From assembly GCF_001194135.2 (NCBI RefSeq), contig NC_068996.1, forward strand, positions 24,707,064-24,771,063: a DNA stretch of 64,000 nucleotides, given 5' to 3'. Of the stretch, positions 62,493-64,000 are shown in pieces. Below the pieces are notes generated by a model, which had not been told where the DNA came from, ran no database searches, and saw only the letters and a list, made by a program, of their open reading frames with translations. A program made the translations under genes and the position numbers. Origin of the DNA: Octopus bimaculoides. Its lineage: Eukaryota. Within the stretch, counting starts at the first letter, position 1. The number at the start of each line of letters is the position of its first letter.

Positions 62493-64000
62493 GCAAGGAA
62501 ACCTCAATGCAGTCACTCAATTTACAAGAAATAGCAGTGAAATTTCCCTCAAATCACACTTTACTATTTACTTAGAAATAAAGCACATTTGGATAACACA
62601 ATTGTAAATATTAAGAATAAAAGAAAGAAAAAGAAATTGCAGCAGGCATGCTTTTGATGAAAAGCTTGCTTAATCAAGACTGACCTACAGCCAAATGATG
62701 ACAGCGTAGTCACCAGATTTGCAGAGTTTAAAAATGATATGAATGAACTACAGATTAAATTTAATAAGTCTTGTTAAATTCACATTCACACACATTCAGA
62801 ATACAACCATTTATAAACTTCTAATGGCTCAACATTTTTCTTTCCATGGTTTCTTATGAATATAATTGAGAATTACATTGTGCCATGTTAAAAGCACCTA
62901 GTGCACTCAGTAAAGTGGTTGGTGTTAGAAAGGGCATCCAGCTGTAGAAACCAAGCCAAAAGAGACTATAAAACCTGGTGCAACCCTTTGCTTACCAGAT
63001 CCTGTAAAACCATCCAACTCATGACAGCATGGTAAATGGATATTAAATAATGAATACTTAGATGTTTTGTTCATTGACTACAATAGACTCAGATCTTCAC
63101 CTTCTCCGAACAGACATTATTCTATCAATTAAATTGAAATAATTAAAACAAATTGAAATGGTCAAGGCAACATCTTAAGAGTGTGGTTTCTTTACCGTCC
63201 AATATTATAATAAAGTAGTTTCTCCCAAACAGATAAACAAAATCAAAGAACACAGTTTATGTCCACAAATATTCTTTTATTTGTTTCAGTCATTAGACTG
63301 TAGCCATGCTTTGGGGGCATTGCCCTTGAGGACTTAGTCAATCACGTTGACTACTAATATTAAATCAGGGTACTTATTTTATCAATCCTATTTCTTGAAC
63401 AATTAAATTAAGAAACATACACAAATATAAACTCAGACAGAAACATACGTACATGTATATGTAGGTACAGAATTGCTTGTATGGCTAGGAAGTTCTTCTC
63501 ACATGTGGTTTTAAGTTCAGTTCCACTGTGCAGTACATTGGGTGAAGCTCAGTATCTTTTAGTATAGTCCTAAACTGACCAATGCCTTATGACTGACCAA
63601 TTTGGTAGATGGAAATTACAAAGCCCATTGTCTGTCGTAGTCATCATCATTTAACATCTGTTCTCTATACTGGCATGGGTTGGACAATTTGATAACAGTT
63701 GGCAAGCCAAAAGGCTACACTGAGCCCTATTGTCTATTTTGGTATGGTTTCTACAGCTGGATTCCTTTCCTAAGGCCAGGCACTTTACAGAGTACACTGG
63801 GTGTTTTTTTTCGTAGCATCAGCAGGGTCAACAAGTGTCTTGCAAGACAAGACAAACTCCCCCACCCACCAACTGGTGGGAGTAGTATAGAGGTAGGAGC
63901 TTTGTGTCAGTTGATGAGAGGTTAAAAGAATAACAGTGGGATAGAGATAGGTGTCTTTCTGTAGAAGAGATACAAGGATATCCCAGTCGAAGAAGAAATG

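Overview
AT-rich, microsatellite- and transposon-dense eukaryotic DNA with five assembly gaps. The repeat families look like those of Octopus genomes (inference). The one protein-coding gene I can support is CLPTM1 on the minus strand. I traced 13 GT-AG exons by hand from 58024 down to the stop at 8468; phases are consistent at every junction, and they total 1833 nt (610 aa plus stop). The ATG-bearing first exon was not found and probably lies beyond 64000. The rest is mostly mobile DNA: a decayed Penelope-like retroelement with an inverted pseudo-LTR and a degenerate hammerhead ribozyme, RTE LINE fragments, three tRNA-derived SINE families, TTAA, hAT and mariner MITEs, a DD37D transposase relic, a pogo/Tc2-like element and a probable Mutator relic. 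I cannot demonstrate a new biological system here. The most unusual structures are (1) a tRNA-like Pol III cassette with its own terminator inside a ~110-bp inverted repeat, (2) a transposon end that probably supplies the branch point of a CLPTM1 intron, (3) near-identical inverted Penelope arms sharing the same inactivating stop, and (4) an ~84-bp template-switch hairpin in a CLPTM1 intron.
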